From assembly GCA_009842325.1 (NCBI GenBank), contig VYFQ01000003.1:113459-177458 (forward strand): 64,000 nt of DNA. The letters are read 5' to 3'. How positions within the stretch are numbered: the first letter of the stretch is position 1; each line of letters opens with the position of its first letter. Position numbers and translations under genes: made by a program. Under the pieces are notes generated by a model. That model was not told where the DNA came from. It did no database searches and saw nothing but the letters and a program-made list of their open reading frames with translations. Source of the DNA: Acidimicrobiaceae bacterium (GTDB lineage: Bacteria; Actinomycetota; Acidimicrobiia; Acidimicrobiales; Aldehydirespiratoraceae). Below, in pieces: positions 29,003 to 36,357 of this stretch.

Positions 29003-29536
29003 ATGTGTAGTCGCCTCGCATGTTGCTACGGTGCCGTCGTGGGTGCTTGGGAACAGGGCCGATCAACGGTTGAGTATCTGGTGTTCCACGGCCGACTTGA
29101 GCAAATTGCGGCTGAGGGCACCCGTGATGCTGCTGGCGGGCTGCTTGACCGGGCCGAGCGACGCCTGACAACGGCGTCGGCCGGTCTTGGCGAAGGCGAT
29201 GTAGAGGGTGCCTTCGTCGCCGCGTATGACGCTTATCGGATGGCCGCAGAGTCGTTGCTGTTGTGTCAGGGCCTTCGCTCCACCGGAGGAGAGGGATCGC
29301 ACGTCACTGTCGAGGATGCCGTCTCAGCCCAGTTTGCGAGCGTGATCAAGGCGTTCGCGAAACCGACGTTCGAGAATATCCGCCGGATGCGCCACAGTGC
29401 CCAGTACTTCGACCCGGACGGTCCCACGATCACCCATGACGATGCGGCGTGGGCGATCTCGACCGCACGGTCGGCAGCGGAAGGCGCTAGGCGTGTCAGC
29501 GAGAACGGGGGCCTGTCTCGGTTTGAGCTTTCCTGA
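29003..29536 (+). CDS. HEPN-like domain protein (actinobacterial SAV_6107-like type)
   Basis: All-helical. AFVAAYDAYRMAAESLLLCQG followed by ENIRRMRHSAQY (R...H..Y region). GTG 29039 is an alternative start. The 3' end overlaps the convergent NTase gene by 41 bp. Confidence 0.5.
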   Translation: MCSRLACCYGAVVGAWEQGRSTVEYLVFHGRLEQIAAEGTRDAAGGLLDRAERRLTTASAGLGEGDVEGAFVAAYDAYRMAAESLLLCQGLRSTGGEGSHVTVEDAVSAQFASVIKAFAKPTFENIRRMRHSAQYFDPDGPTITHDDAAWAISTARSAAEGARRVSENGGLSRFELS

Positions 29537-30113
29537 GGTCGATCTCCACTAGTGGGCGTTGGGTGACGGTGGCGTGGAAATTGCCGGTGCCGGTGCTAAT
29601 CCAGTCGGCGGGCCGGACGGTGGCTTGCACGGGCCGTCCCAAGCGCTGCTCGGCTGTGGCCGCCGCCGCGTACAGCTCGTCGCGGTCGGGCGATCCAAGT
29701 ACCAGTACGTCGATGTCGCCGACAGGACGGTCGGCTTCGTTGCCGAGGAGGTGCGCCGCCCACGATCCGTAGATGTGCGCGGCGTCGATGTTGTCGATGG
29801 GGGCGAGCACTGCGGCCAGGACTCGGGGCGGGCCGAACGCCTTGACCAGCACGTCTGCCAGTCCGCGGTAGTAGGGGCTGCCGGTGTTGGCCCGCACGAG
29901 TCTGGTGTTCCCGATCTTGCGGCTAGTCACGAGGCCTGCTGACTCGGCCCGGTCGATCTCGCGATGCACGGAACTGACCGGAACCGACACAAGAGCGGCG
30001 AGACCGGTCAGACTGGCTTCAAGTTCAGGGTCGCCGAGCAGGAGTGCCAGCAGCTCGCCCTGCTGCCGTGACCGCAGGATCGGCAGCAGACTCGGCGCCG
30101 GTCCTCTTTCCAT
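29496..30113 (-). CDS. winged-HTH + minimal nucleotidyltransferase (MNT-like) fusion
   Basis: N-terminal wHTH (LTGLAALVSVPVSSVHREIDRAESAGLVTSRKIGNTRLV), then the pol-beta NTase motif YGSWAAHLLG...VGDIDVLVLG. Confidence 0.65.
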   Translation of the reverse strand: MERGPAPSLLPILRSRQQGELLALLLGDPELEASLTGLAALVSVPVSSVHREIDRAESAGLVTSRKIGNTRLVRANTGSPYYRGLADVLVKAFGPPRVLAAVLAPIDNIDAAHIYGSWAAHLLGNEADRPVGDIDVLVLGSPDRDELYAAAATAEQRLGRPVQATVRPADWISTGTGNFHATVTQRPLVEIDLRKAQTETGPRSR

Positions 30114-30208
30114 AATCAGGGAAGTATATTGCCAGAAGCGGGATTATTGGCTGTGCTCGTGGTGGCGGGCTCGGCTCGTCGGGTAGAACAACGCAGTACT
30201 GTGCGGGC

Positions 30209-31576
30209 GTGGGCGCTCAGCGAGTTGTCATTGTGGGTGGGGGGTTTGCCGGGCTCAGTGCTGCCTACATGCTGAAGAAGCGGGGCATCACGCCGCTGGT
30301 GCTTGAGGCGTTGGATCGTGCGGGTGGGCGGGGCAAGGGTGAGGAGGTGGACGGGTTCTCGCTGGACATGGGGGCGTTCGTGTTCACCTCGACCTACGAC
30401 ACCGCGTTCGGTTTGTGCGAGGAGTTGGGGCTGCCGCTGGTGCGGTCGCAGATGAAGTTCGGCCACTTCCGCAATGGGCGGTGGGTGACGACGACGCCGG
30501 AGCAGTCGATGTGGAACTTCGTGCGGCACCTGCGCACGGCCATCACCATGGGGTTCGCGTCGCCGGCGGGCATGCGGGCCGGCTCCAAGGTGATGCGGCA
30601 GATGCATCGGGAGGAGGATTATCTGAGTTTCGCCAGCCACAGCCCTCTGGCCGAGATCGATGACGACGAGTCCTACGGCGACTACCTGAAGCGGCTCGGT
30701 GTGCCGAGGAGCCTGCGGTTGACGCTCGACGGACCCCTCAAGATGGTTCTAGGCGATCCTGAGCCCGCGGGCCAGGCACTGATGCGGGCCTACATCGGGG
30801 AGACGATGCTGAGCAGCGGCACGGTGTACATGCCCGAGCGCGGCATCGGATCCTTCAACGCGGCGCTCGCCGCGGCCTGCTCCGATGCGATCCGGGTCTC
30901 GACTCCCGTCCGCAGGGTCGTCGTCGCGGACGGGGCGGCGACCGGCGTGGTCACCGACGGCGAGACCATTGAGGCCGACGCGGTCATCTGCGCCGTGCCC
31001 GGCACCAAGGTCCCGGATCTCGTTCCGGAGCTGCCCGCAGAGTCCCGCCGCGCCCTCAGGACCGTCAGCTACTCGACGGGTTGCCGGGTGGTGATCGGGC
31101 TCGACCGCCCGCCGCTTCCTGCGGGCTGGCATGGCGCGCTCTTCCCGGAGGACGACGACGCCCCGCTGTTGCTGGACAGGTCGGCCTTCCTGCCGGACTG
31201 CGCGCCAGCCGGTCACGGCCTTCTCGACCTGCTCATCGGCCGCGATCGCGCCAGGGAACTGATCCCGCTCGACGACGAGGAGATCAAGCGCCAGCTGCTG
31301 GGCGCCGCCCGCCGCCATGCTCCCCCGGGCTCGGCCCTTCCCGGCGACGACGAGGGCCTGTTCTTCCGCGTCTACCGCTGGGAGGAGGCGCTGTGCATGG
31401 GATCACCCGGGATGCTCGCCGCGATGACGGAGATCCCGGGGCAACTCGCAGGCAACATCGACAACCTGTTCCTGGCGGGCGACTACATGGGGATCCCCTC
31501 GGTCAACGGCGCGCTCTCCAGCGGCCACAAAGCCGCAACCCAAGCCGCAGACCTCCTGTCATCCCGCCCCACCTAG
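30209..31576 (+). CDS. FAD-dependent oxidoreductase (protoporphyrinogen/phytoene desaturase-like amine-oxidase fold)
   Basis: VVIVGGGFAGLSAAYMLKKRGITPLVLEALDRAGGR. C-terminal LFLAGDYMGIPSVNGALSSG. Confidence 0.75.
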   Translation: MGAQRVVIVGGGFAGLSAAYMLKKRGITPLVLEALDRAGGRGKGEEVDGFSLDMGAFVFTSTYDTAFGLCEELGLPLVRSQMKFGHFRNGRWVTTTPEQSMWNFVRHLRTAITMGFASPAGMRAGSKVMRQMHREEDYLSFASHSPLAEIDDDESYGDYLKRLGVPRSLRLTLDGPLKMVLGDPEPAGQALMRAYIGETMLSSGTVYMPERGIGSFNAALAAACSDAIRVSTPVRRVVVADGAATGVVTDGETIEADAVICAVPGTKVPDLVPELPAESRRALRTVSYSTGCRVVIGLDRPPLPAGWHGALFPEDDDAPLLLDRSAFLPDCAPAGHGLLDLLIGRDRARELIPLDDEEIKRQLLGAARRHAPPGSALPGDDEGLFFRVYRWEEALCMGSPGMLAAMTEIPGQLAGNIDNLFLAGDYMGIPSVNGALSSGHKAATQAADLLSSRPT

Positions 31577-31590
31577 CCGCCGCCAGCCAC

Positions 31591-31641
31591 CGTTCTGTGA
31601 GCAACGAAGCCGCCTCAGTCGGCATATCTGCTCACAGAACG
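31591..31641. repeat. 13-bp perfect inverted repeat with 25-nt spacer
   Basis: cgttctgtgagca (31591-31603) and tgctcacagaacg (31629-31641) are exact reverse complements. The site is intergenic, between the oxidoreductase stop and the lipoprotein start. No T-tract follows. Confidence 0.8.
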
Positions 31642-31657
31642 AACCTATAGTGGTCGC

Positions 31658-32692
31658 GTGGGTCGGATGAGGTTCGGACTTCTGGCGCTTGCTGTCGTGG
31701 CGCTGCTGGCGGCGGGGTGTGGCGAGGCCGACGACGACGCCGGCGTGATCACTACCAGCGCGGTGAGCGCGGCGCTGGCCGACACGGTGGAGGTACCCGT
31801 CTATCAGGCGACCACCTCTGCCACCACGCTGCTCACGATGCCTGCCATGGGCGCTGATGCAGACCCCCAGCCGACGGGCGTGTCACCCACGGTGGTCGCC
31901 ACCGTCGCTCATGACCGCCAGCACTTCTTCATCAGCATTGCGCTACCGCCGGGCGCCCAGATCGCCGGTGGTGACGCGATCGAGTTCGAGATGTGGAGCG
32001 ACAGCGAGCGCCTGGTGATGGACACTCGCGACTATCAGCGGCTGCTGGATGCCGCTCCCGGCACCGAGTTGGGGCCACTAGAGCCAGGACTCTTCTCTGT
32101 CGACCTGGCCGCCATAGGGTCAAGCCACCCAGGGCTACTAGGTGCACTGGTAGGCGTCTCGCTCCCTTCTCTGAGGGATCTGGCCGAGAACCTTCCCGCA
32201 GCCCTGGACACCATCGAACAGATCTCGGAGGATCCCCCGATCTTCGTCGGCTCGACTACTGCTGCGAGCCTGATCCGCGCTCGGGGCGCCGATCTCGAAG
32301 TCGCGATGCGCTCCACTGTTGCAGGGATGGCGCTGACTTCGCCAGCGGACGTCGATGAACTGACCGAGCTGTTCACTGAGGTCTTCAGCACCGCGGCGGC
32401 AGAGGTCGTGATCGAGCTCGACGATCAGGGCTTGGTGAGCGTCCTGTCGACCCGAGAGGACATGTCGGGTCTCTTCACCGCTGTCTTGGAGGCGGAGAGT
32501 CTGGCCGCCGGTGCGACGGATCAGGAGATGCGAGAGGCGCAGCAAGCTCTCGAGGGTGCTGAGCTCATCCTTGAGACCCGCTCGGTGTACGAGACCGACG
32601 TCGAACTGGAGGTCCCGCTGCCCCCGGCAGCCACCGAGGACCGCACCGACGAATGGCGCGAGTTCCTGATCGACGCTGGCTTCGATAGCTGA
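31658..32692 (+). CDS. lipoprotein, hypothetical
   Basis: MRFGLLALAVVALLAAGCGEAD signal peptide + lipobox. No further family recognised. Confidence 0.6.
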   Translation: MGRMRFGLLALAVVALLAAGCGEADDDAGVITTSAVSAALADTVEVPVYQATTSATTLLTMPAMGADADPQPTGVSPTVVATVAHDRQHFFISIALPPGAQIAGGDAIEFEMWSDSERLVMDTRDYQRLLDAAPGTELGPLEPGLFSVDLAAIGSSHPGLLGALVGVSLPSLRDLAENLPAALDTIEQISEDPPIFVGSTTAASLIRARGADLEVAMRSTVAGMALTSPADVDELTELFTEVFSTAAAEVVIELDDQGLVSVLSTREDMSGLFTAVLEAESLAAGATDQEMREAQQALEGAELILETRSVYETDVELEVPLPPAATEDRTDEWREFLIDAGFDS

Positions 32693-32701
32693 GGGCTGGG
32701 G

Positions 32702-33250
32702 CTAGTCGGGGCGCCAGGTCTCGAGCTCTATGCCTAGGCCGTCGGCTATTCGGTTGGCGTAGGCGTAGTAGCCGACTACCTCGACGATGTCGAGGATGTC
32801 GCGGTCGGAGAACCCGGCCGATCGCAGCGCGTCGACATCGGCGTCCTCCATGGCGCCGGGCGTCTTGGTGAGCTTGACCACGAAGGCCAGCATCGCCGCC
32901 CGCTTGGGCGACAGCGGGGCCGTGGTCCAGTCCTGCTCGACTGCGGCGACCAGCTCGTCGTCGTTGATCAGCCGGCGCAGACCGCGCCGGTGGTGGACCA
33001 CTCAATAGTGGCAGTCGTTGGCGAGGCTCACGACCAGTGCGATCAGCTCGCGCTCGACCTTGCGCAGCGTGGCCGTGCCGGCCATGGCCGACTCGTACAG
33101 GGCCAGGTGGGCCGCCATGCCGCGGGGGTTCAGCGAGTGCACGGCCAGCACGTTGTCGACCCGGCCGTGCTTCGGGTCGACGACCCGCGGATGGATCTCG
33201 CCGAGCTCGCCGTCCCATGAGTCGTCGGGAATGATCTCGATGCGCGCCAT
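32702..33250 (-). CDS. AhpD/carboxymuconolactone-decarboxylase-family peroxidase-related protein with in-frame TGA (candidate selenocysteine; alternatively a pseudogene)
   Basis: ORFs 33002..33250 and 32702..33001 are contiguous and in one frame. The junction reads ...RELIALVVSLANDCHY-TGA-VVHH. The TGA therefore sits exactly where the second Cys of the family motif CxxCxxxH is expected. The combined length of 182 aa fits the family. Confidence 0.6.
32972..32990 (-). promoter_or_regulatory. candidate bacterial SECIS hairpin
   Basis: On the mRNA: UGA GUGGUCCACCA CCGGCGC GGUCU GCGCCGG. This is a 7-bp GC stem starting 11 nt after the UGA, with apical loop GGUCU at +22..+26 counted from the U of UGA. 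Confidence 0.5.
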
Positions 33251-33329
33251 AGACGTAGCGTCTCACACGAGGTCAATCAGCGGCTCAATATGGGCACCAG
33301 GCGTACCTACAGCCAGGCCTGAAAGGAAA

Positions 33330-33354
33330 GGGACCCCGTGAGTTCCGGGGTCCC
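33330..33354 (-). terminator. terminator-like hairpin in the 5' leader of the AhpD-like gene
   Basis: 9-bp stem GGGACCCCG/CGGGGTCCC with a 7-nt loop. On the minus strand it is followed by TTTCCTTTC. It lies about 80 nt upstream of start 33250, and no upstream minus-strand gene exists for it to terminate. Confidence 0.3.
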
Positions 33355-33474
33355 GAACACCTGGGGCATACGGTTGCATTCGGCCGAGGCTTACTAACCG
33401 GAGCCGTCAGGTGGCTTCGAGGGTAAGTGTTGTGGACGCTTCGCGCTGTTGTTGTTCAGAAATGGAACGATTGT

Positions 33475-33486
33475 TTCATTAATGAA
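33475..33486. promoter_or_regulatory. 12-bp perfect palindrome TTCATTAATGAA next to a -10-like GATAAT
   Basis: In a locally AT-rich stretch, 23 nt upstream of the GTG start of the wHTH-NTase gene. Plausible autoregulatory operator. Confidence 0.35.
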
Positions 33487-33508
33487 TGATAATGGCTAGA
33501 GTCAGAGC

Positions 33509-34138
33509 GTGGACTTCAAGCAGCCAGTCGAAGCGGTGATTCCGGGCGCGCAGGGCAAGATCCTGGCCGTGCTGGTCGAGACGACAATGGAAATGAATCT
33601 GCGAACCGTCGCTCGGTTGTCGGGAGTGAGCGTCGCTCAGGCGTCACGGATCTTGCCGTCACTGGTCGCTCTCGGCCTTGTCACGCGACGCGAGGTGCCA
33701 CCGTCGGCCTTGTTCGGGTTCGTGCCCGACCATGTGGCGGCTCCGGCGATCAGTCTGCTGGCCCGTGCCCGCGAATCGGTGATCGACGAACTGCGACGGA
33801 CGGCCGCGGCGCTCGATCCGGCACCGGTGAGCGTCATTGTGTTTGGTTCGTTCGCACGCGGCGCTGCCGATGCCGACAGCGACATCGACGTGGTAGTGGT
33901 GCGGCCCGAGACTGTCGAGGAGGACGACGACGGGTGGCGCTGGGCGCTAGAGGAATGGCACAGCACGGCTGAGCGCCTCACCGGCAACCCGGTCGAGATG
34001 CTCGAGATTGCCGAGCACGAGATCGGAGAACGGCTTCGAGGCCGCGCCGTTGTATGGCGAGACGTCGTTCGCGACGGTGTCACCGTGTACGGGGCCACCA
34101 TCGAGCAGCTTCGCGGAACACCTGCGCGGTCGTCATAG
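33509..34138 (+). CDS. winged-HTH + minimal nucleotidyltransferase (MNT-like) fusion, second copy
   Basis: wHTH (NLRTVARLSGVSVAQASRILPSLVALGLVTRRE), then FGSFARGAADADSDIDVVVV (GS...DxD). Confidence 0.7.
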   Translation: MDFKQPVEAVIPGAQGKILAVLVETTMEMNLRTVARLSGVSVAQASRILPSLVALGLVTRREVPPSALFGFVPDHVAAPAISLLARARESVIDELRRTAAALDPAPVSVIVFGSFARGAADADSDIDVVVVRPETVEEDDDGWRWALEEWHSTAERLTGNPVEMLEIAEHEIGERLRGRAVVWRDVVRDGVTVYGATIEQLRGTPARSS

Positions 34139-34167
34139 TGTCGCCAGCGACGCTTCCTCGTGCGGGT

Positions 34168-34207
34168 TGCTTCATCGACCTTACGCAGCGGCGCGCCGGG
34201 CTGGCCC
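34168..34207 (+). repeat. 40-bp fragment homologous to an internal segment of the phosphatase gene (35925-35964)
   Basis: tgcttcatcgaccttacgcagcggcgcgccgggctggccc vs tgcttcatcgacttgacgcagcggcgcgacgggctggccc, 37/40 identical. The flanks are unrelated. Confidence 0.8.
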
Positions 34208-34221
34208 AGGCCTGTGTGGGC

Positions 34222-34620
34222 TTATGCAGGTGGTGGAGCCGGGGTGACGATCTGGATCAGGTTCCCGCAGGTGTCATCGAAGACGGCCATCACCACAGTG
34301 CCGACGTCGGTGGGCGGCAGGGTGAATTCGACGCCGGCGGCGCTCAGCCGCTCGTGCTCGGCGTGGACGTCGTCGACGGTGAACTGTGCTGATGGGATAC
34401 CGTCGGCGGTGAGGGCGTCGCGGGATGTCTTGGCAGCCGGGTGCGCGGCGGGTTCAAGGAGCAGCTCCGGCCCGTCGGGCTGCTCCGGGGAGACCACGGT
34501 GAGCCACGAGTAGTCCCCGACGGGCATGTCGTGGTGCTTCTGGAAGCCGAGGACCTCGGTGTAGAAGGCGAGGGCCTGGGCCTGGTCGTCAACGATGACG
34601 TTGGTCAATGTGATCCGCAT
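34222..34620 (-). CDS. VOC/glyoxalase family protein
   Basis: In-frame start MRITLTNVIVDDQAQALAFYTEVLGFQK at 34620. C-terminal FDDTCGNLIQIV. Confidence 0.7.
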   Translation of the reverse strand: MRITLTNVIVDDQAQALAFYTEVLGFQKHHDMPVGDYSWLTVVSPEQPDGPELLLEPAAHPAAKTSRDALTADGIPSAQFTVDDVHAEHERLSAAGVEFTLPPTDVGTVVMAVFDDTCGNLIQIVTPAPPPA

Positions 34621-34685
34621 GTGCGCCGACTCTAGTGAGCCGGCCGGCATGATCGAACGTCCGAGATGCTGGACGCAGGGCCAGC

Positions 34686-34725
34686 GGTCTAGGAGGCTTA
34701 GCCCATGAGCGCAGCCGCCCGGCCT
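34686..34725 (+). repeat. left copy of a 40-bp imperfect direct repeat (copy of RBS + first 7 codons of the phosphatase gene)
   Basis: ggtctaggaggcttagcccatgagcgcagccgcccggcct vs 35759-35798 ggtctaggaggcttggtccatgagcgcagcggcccgtcct, 36/40 identical. Both copies encode MSAAARP. Confidence 0.85.
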
Positions 34726-34868
34726 CCGTGCGGCGGTGGGCCGAGTCCCGGCCGGGAAGAGAAAGACCCGGCACCTCCGAGGAGGCACCGGGTGGGTGAA
34801 GGCATGTTACCTGGCACGGCACGGCGAAGCGAACATGCGCATGGGGGTTGCGCCCTCGTGCCTGGCGA

Positions 34869-35561
34869 CTACCAGCGATCGGGCCTTCGATGGGTGTCGA
34901 CTGACTCCGGCAGTTGGCATGAGAAGAAGTCGTCGGCGGTGAGGGAGTACCACCAGTGGCCTCCGGCGCCGTCGCCAGACTTGCCACGGAGTGCCGCGGC
35001 CGTCGGGGTGCCTCTGGGATTGACCGTCCCAAGCGGCACATGGAGCCGGGCGTGGCGAGCAGGCAGGCGCAGGTCGCTGTCGTTGGTGATGAGCACAGCG
35101 GCGTCGATCATCCCAGAATGGAGGTCGATCAGCAGGTGAGACGCCACGTTTACGTCTGAGCCCTTCTCCTCGCGCACCATGATCGTCCGGCGCACGCCGC
35201 CCGCGATGTCCCCGCCCGTGACTCGCCTAGTCACGAATGTGCCCTCCTCGATGCCTACTCGCCCGGTGGCGAGCAGCGCCTTGAGGTAGGTCTGCTGCCG
35301 TTCGCGTGTGTCAGCAGCCGGCCCGCCGGTGATCAGCGCTGTGCAGTACATGATGCGGCGCGCGGTCGCCTGCTTGGCGCTCCAGTCCGGGTTGCGGCCG
35401 ATCAGACGGTCGGCGAGCGCCGCCACGTCGAGCCAGCGCCACCCGTGCGTGCCTCGTCCGCACAGATGCCGGCCACCGTAGTAGAGGTTGAGTCCGTCGA
35501 TGTACACCCCGACGCGCACCGCGGCAGCGTATAGTGGTGTCCCTGACAAGACGCGTATCAC
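34869..35561 (-). CDS. NYN-domain (PIN-like) ribonuclease family protein
   Basis: VGVYIDGLNLYYGG, EKGSDVNVASHLLID, AVLITNDSDL. The true start may be the GTG at 35519 (VRVGVYIDG). Confidence 0.7.
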   Translation of the reverse strand: MIRVLSGTPLYAAAVRVGVYIDGLNLYYGGRHLCGRGTHGWRWLDVAALADRLIGRNPDWSAKQATARRIMYCTALITGGPAADTRERQQTYLKALLATGRVGIEEGTFVTRRVTGGDIAGGVRRTIMVREEKGSDVNVASHLLIDLHSGMIDAAVLITNDSDLRLPARHARLHVPLGTVNPRGTPTAAALRGKSGDGAGGHWWYSLTADDFFSCQLPESVDTHRRPDRW

Positions 35562-35577
35562 ATTGAAAAGGACTTAT

Positions 35578-35745
35578 ATGCCAGAGAAGTGCCTAGTGGT
35601 GAAGAAGCGTGAGGACCTGTGGGAGGTGAGGTCGCCCGGCGCTCACAACCCCGAGTCGACGCATTCGACCATGGCCGAAGCCGAGAGCGCTGCCGAGGAT
35701 TTCCTGAAGAGGCGCGGGGGCGGCTACCTCGACATCGTCCTCTAG
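35578..35745 (+). CDS. DUF2188-like small protein
   Basis: 55 aa, MPEKCLVVKKREDLWEVRSPGAHNPESTHSTMAEAESAAEDFLKRRGG. AAAAGGA RBS-like sequence upstream. Divergent from the NYN gene. Confidence 0.5.
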   Translation: MPEKCLVVKKREDLWEVRSPGAHNPESTHSTMAEAESAAEDFLKRRGGGYLDIVL

Positions 35746-35758
35746 GAGAGGGGTCGGA

Positions 35759-35798
35759 GGTCTAGGAGGCTTGGTCCATGAGCGCAGCGGCCCGTCCT
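35759..35798 (+). repeat. right copy of the 40-bp direct repeat (functional RBS + start of the phosphatase gene)
   Basis: See 34686-34725. Confidence 0.85.
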
Positions 35799-36329
35799 GA
35801 TCGTCCTATTCCGAATAGCTATTGGGTTCGGGAGGGGCGGTTCGCGGCGGGGGAGTATCCGGGGGCGCTGGACCCGCGGGACGCGGCGGCCAAGGTGCGG
35901 GCGCTGATCGAGGCCGGCGTCGACTGCTTCATCGACTTGACGCAGCGGCGCGACGGGCTGGCCCCGTACGAGCAGGTCGCGCACGAGCAGGCGCGGGCTC
36001 TGGGCCGGTCGGTGCGGCGGGAGAGCCATCCGATCACCGACATGTCGGTGCCGCGCCGGGCTGCGGAGATGGCGGCCATCCTCGACGCCATCGACGACGC
36101 CCTCGATGAGGGTCGCACGGTGTATGTGCACTGCTGGGGCGGGATCGGCCGCACCGGAACGGTGGTCGGCTGCTGGCTGGTCCGCCACGGGCTCACCGGC
36201 CAGGGGGCCCTCGATCAGATCGCGGTGTGGTGGCAGCACGTCGAGAAGAGCTGGCTGCACACCGAGTCGCCCCAGACTCGCCACCAGCGGGCCTTCGTGC
36301 GGCACTGGGCCGAGCCCGGCCGCCGCTAG
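35778..36329 (+). CDS. Cys-based (dual-specificity / PTP-like) phosphatase
   Basis: Active-site loop [11 protein letters not shown] = C-x5-R-(S/T). 183 aa. Confidence 0.8.
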   Translation: MSAAARPDRPIPNSYWVREGRFAAGEYPGALDPRDAAAKVRALIEAGVDCFIDLTQRRDGLAPYEQVAHEQARALGRSVRRESHPITDMSVPRRAAEMAAILDAIDDALDEGRTVYVHCWGGIGRTGTVVGCWLVRHGLTGQGALDQIAVWWQHVEKSWLHTESPQTRHQRAFVRHWAEPGRR

Positions 36330-36357
36330 CCGGCGTCGCAGGACCGGGGCGGCGCCG

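Noticed and set aside
33365-33388. 24-nt similarity (19/24) between 33365-33388 and 37395-37418, considered as possible att-like island borders
   Set aside because: My rough estimate is that hundreds of ungapped 19/24 matches are expected by chance in a 64-kb self-comparison on both strands. There is no extension of similarity into the flanks.
34705-35139. 144-aa ORF beginning MSAAARP
   Set aside because: Only the first 7 codons are copied from the phosphatase gene start, as part of the 40-bp repeat. The remainder is antisense to the NYN gene and is Arg/Gly/Pro-rich.
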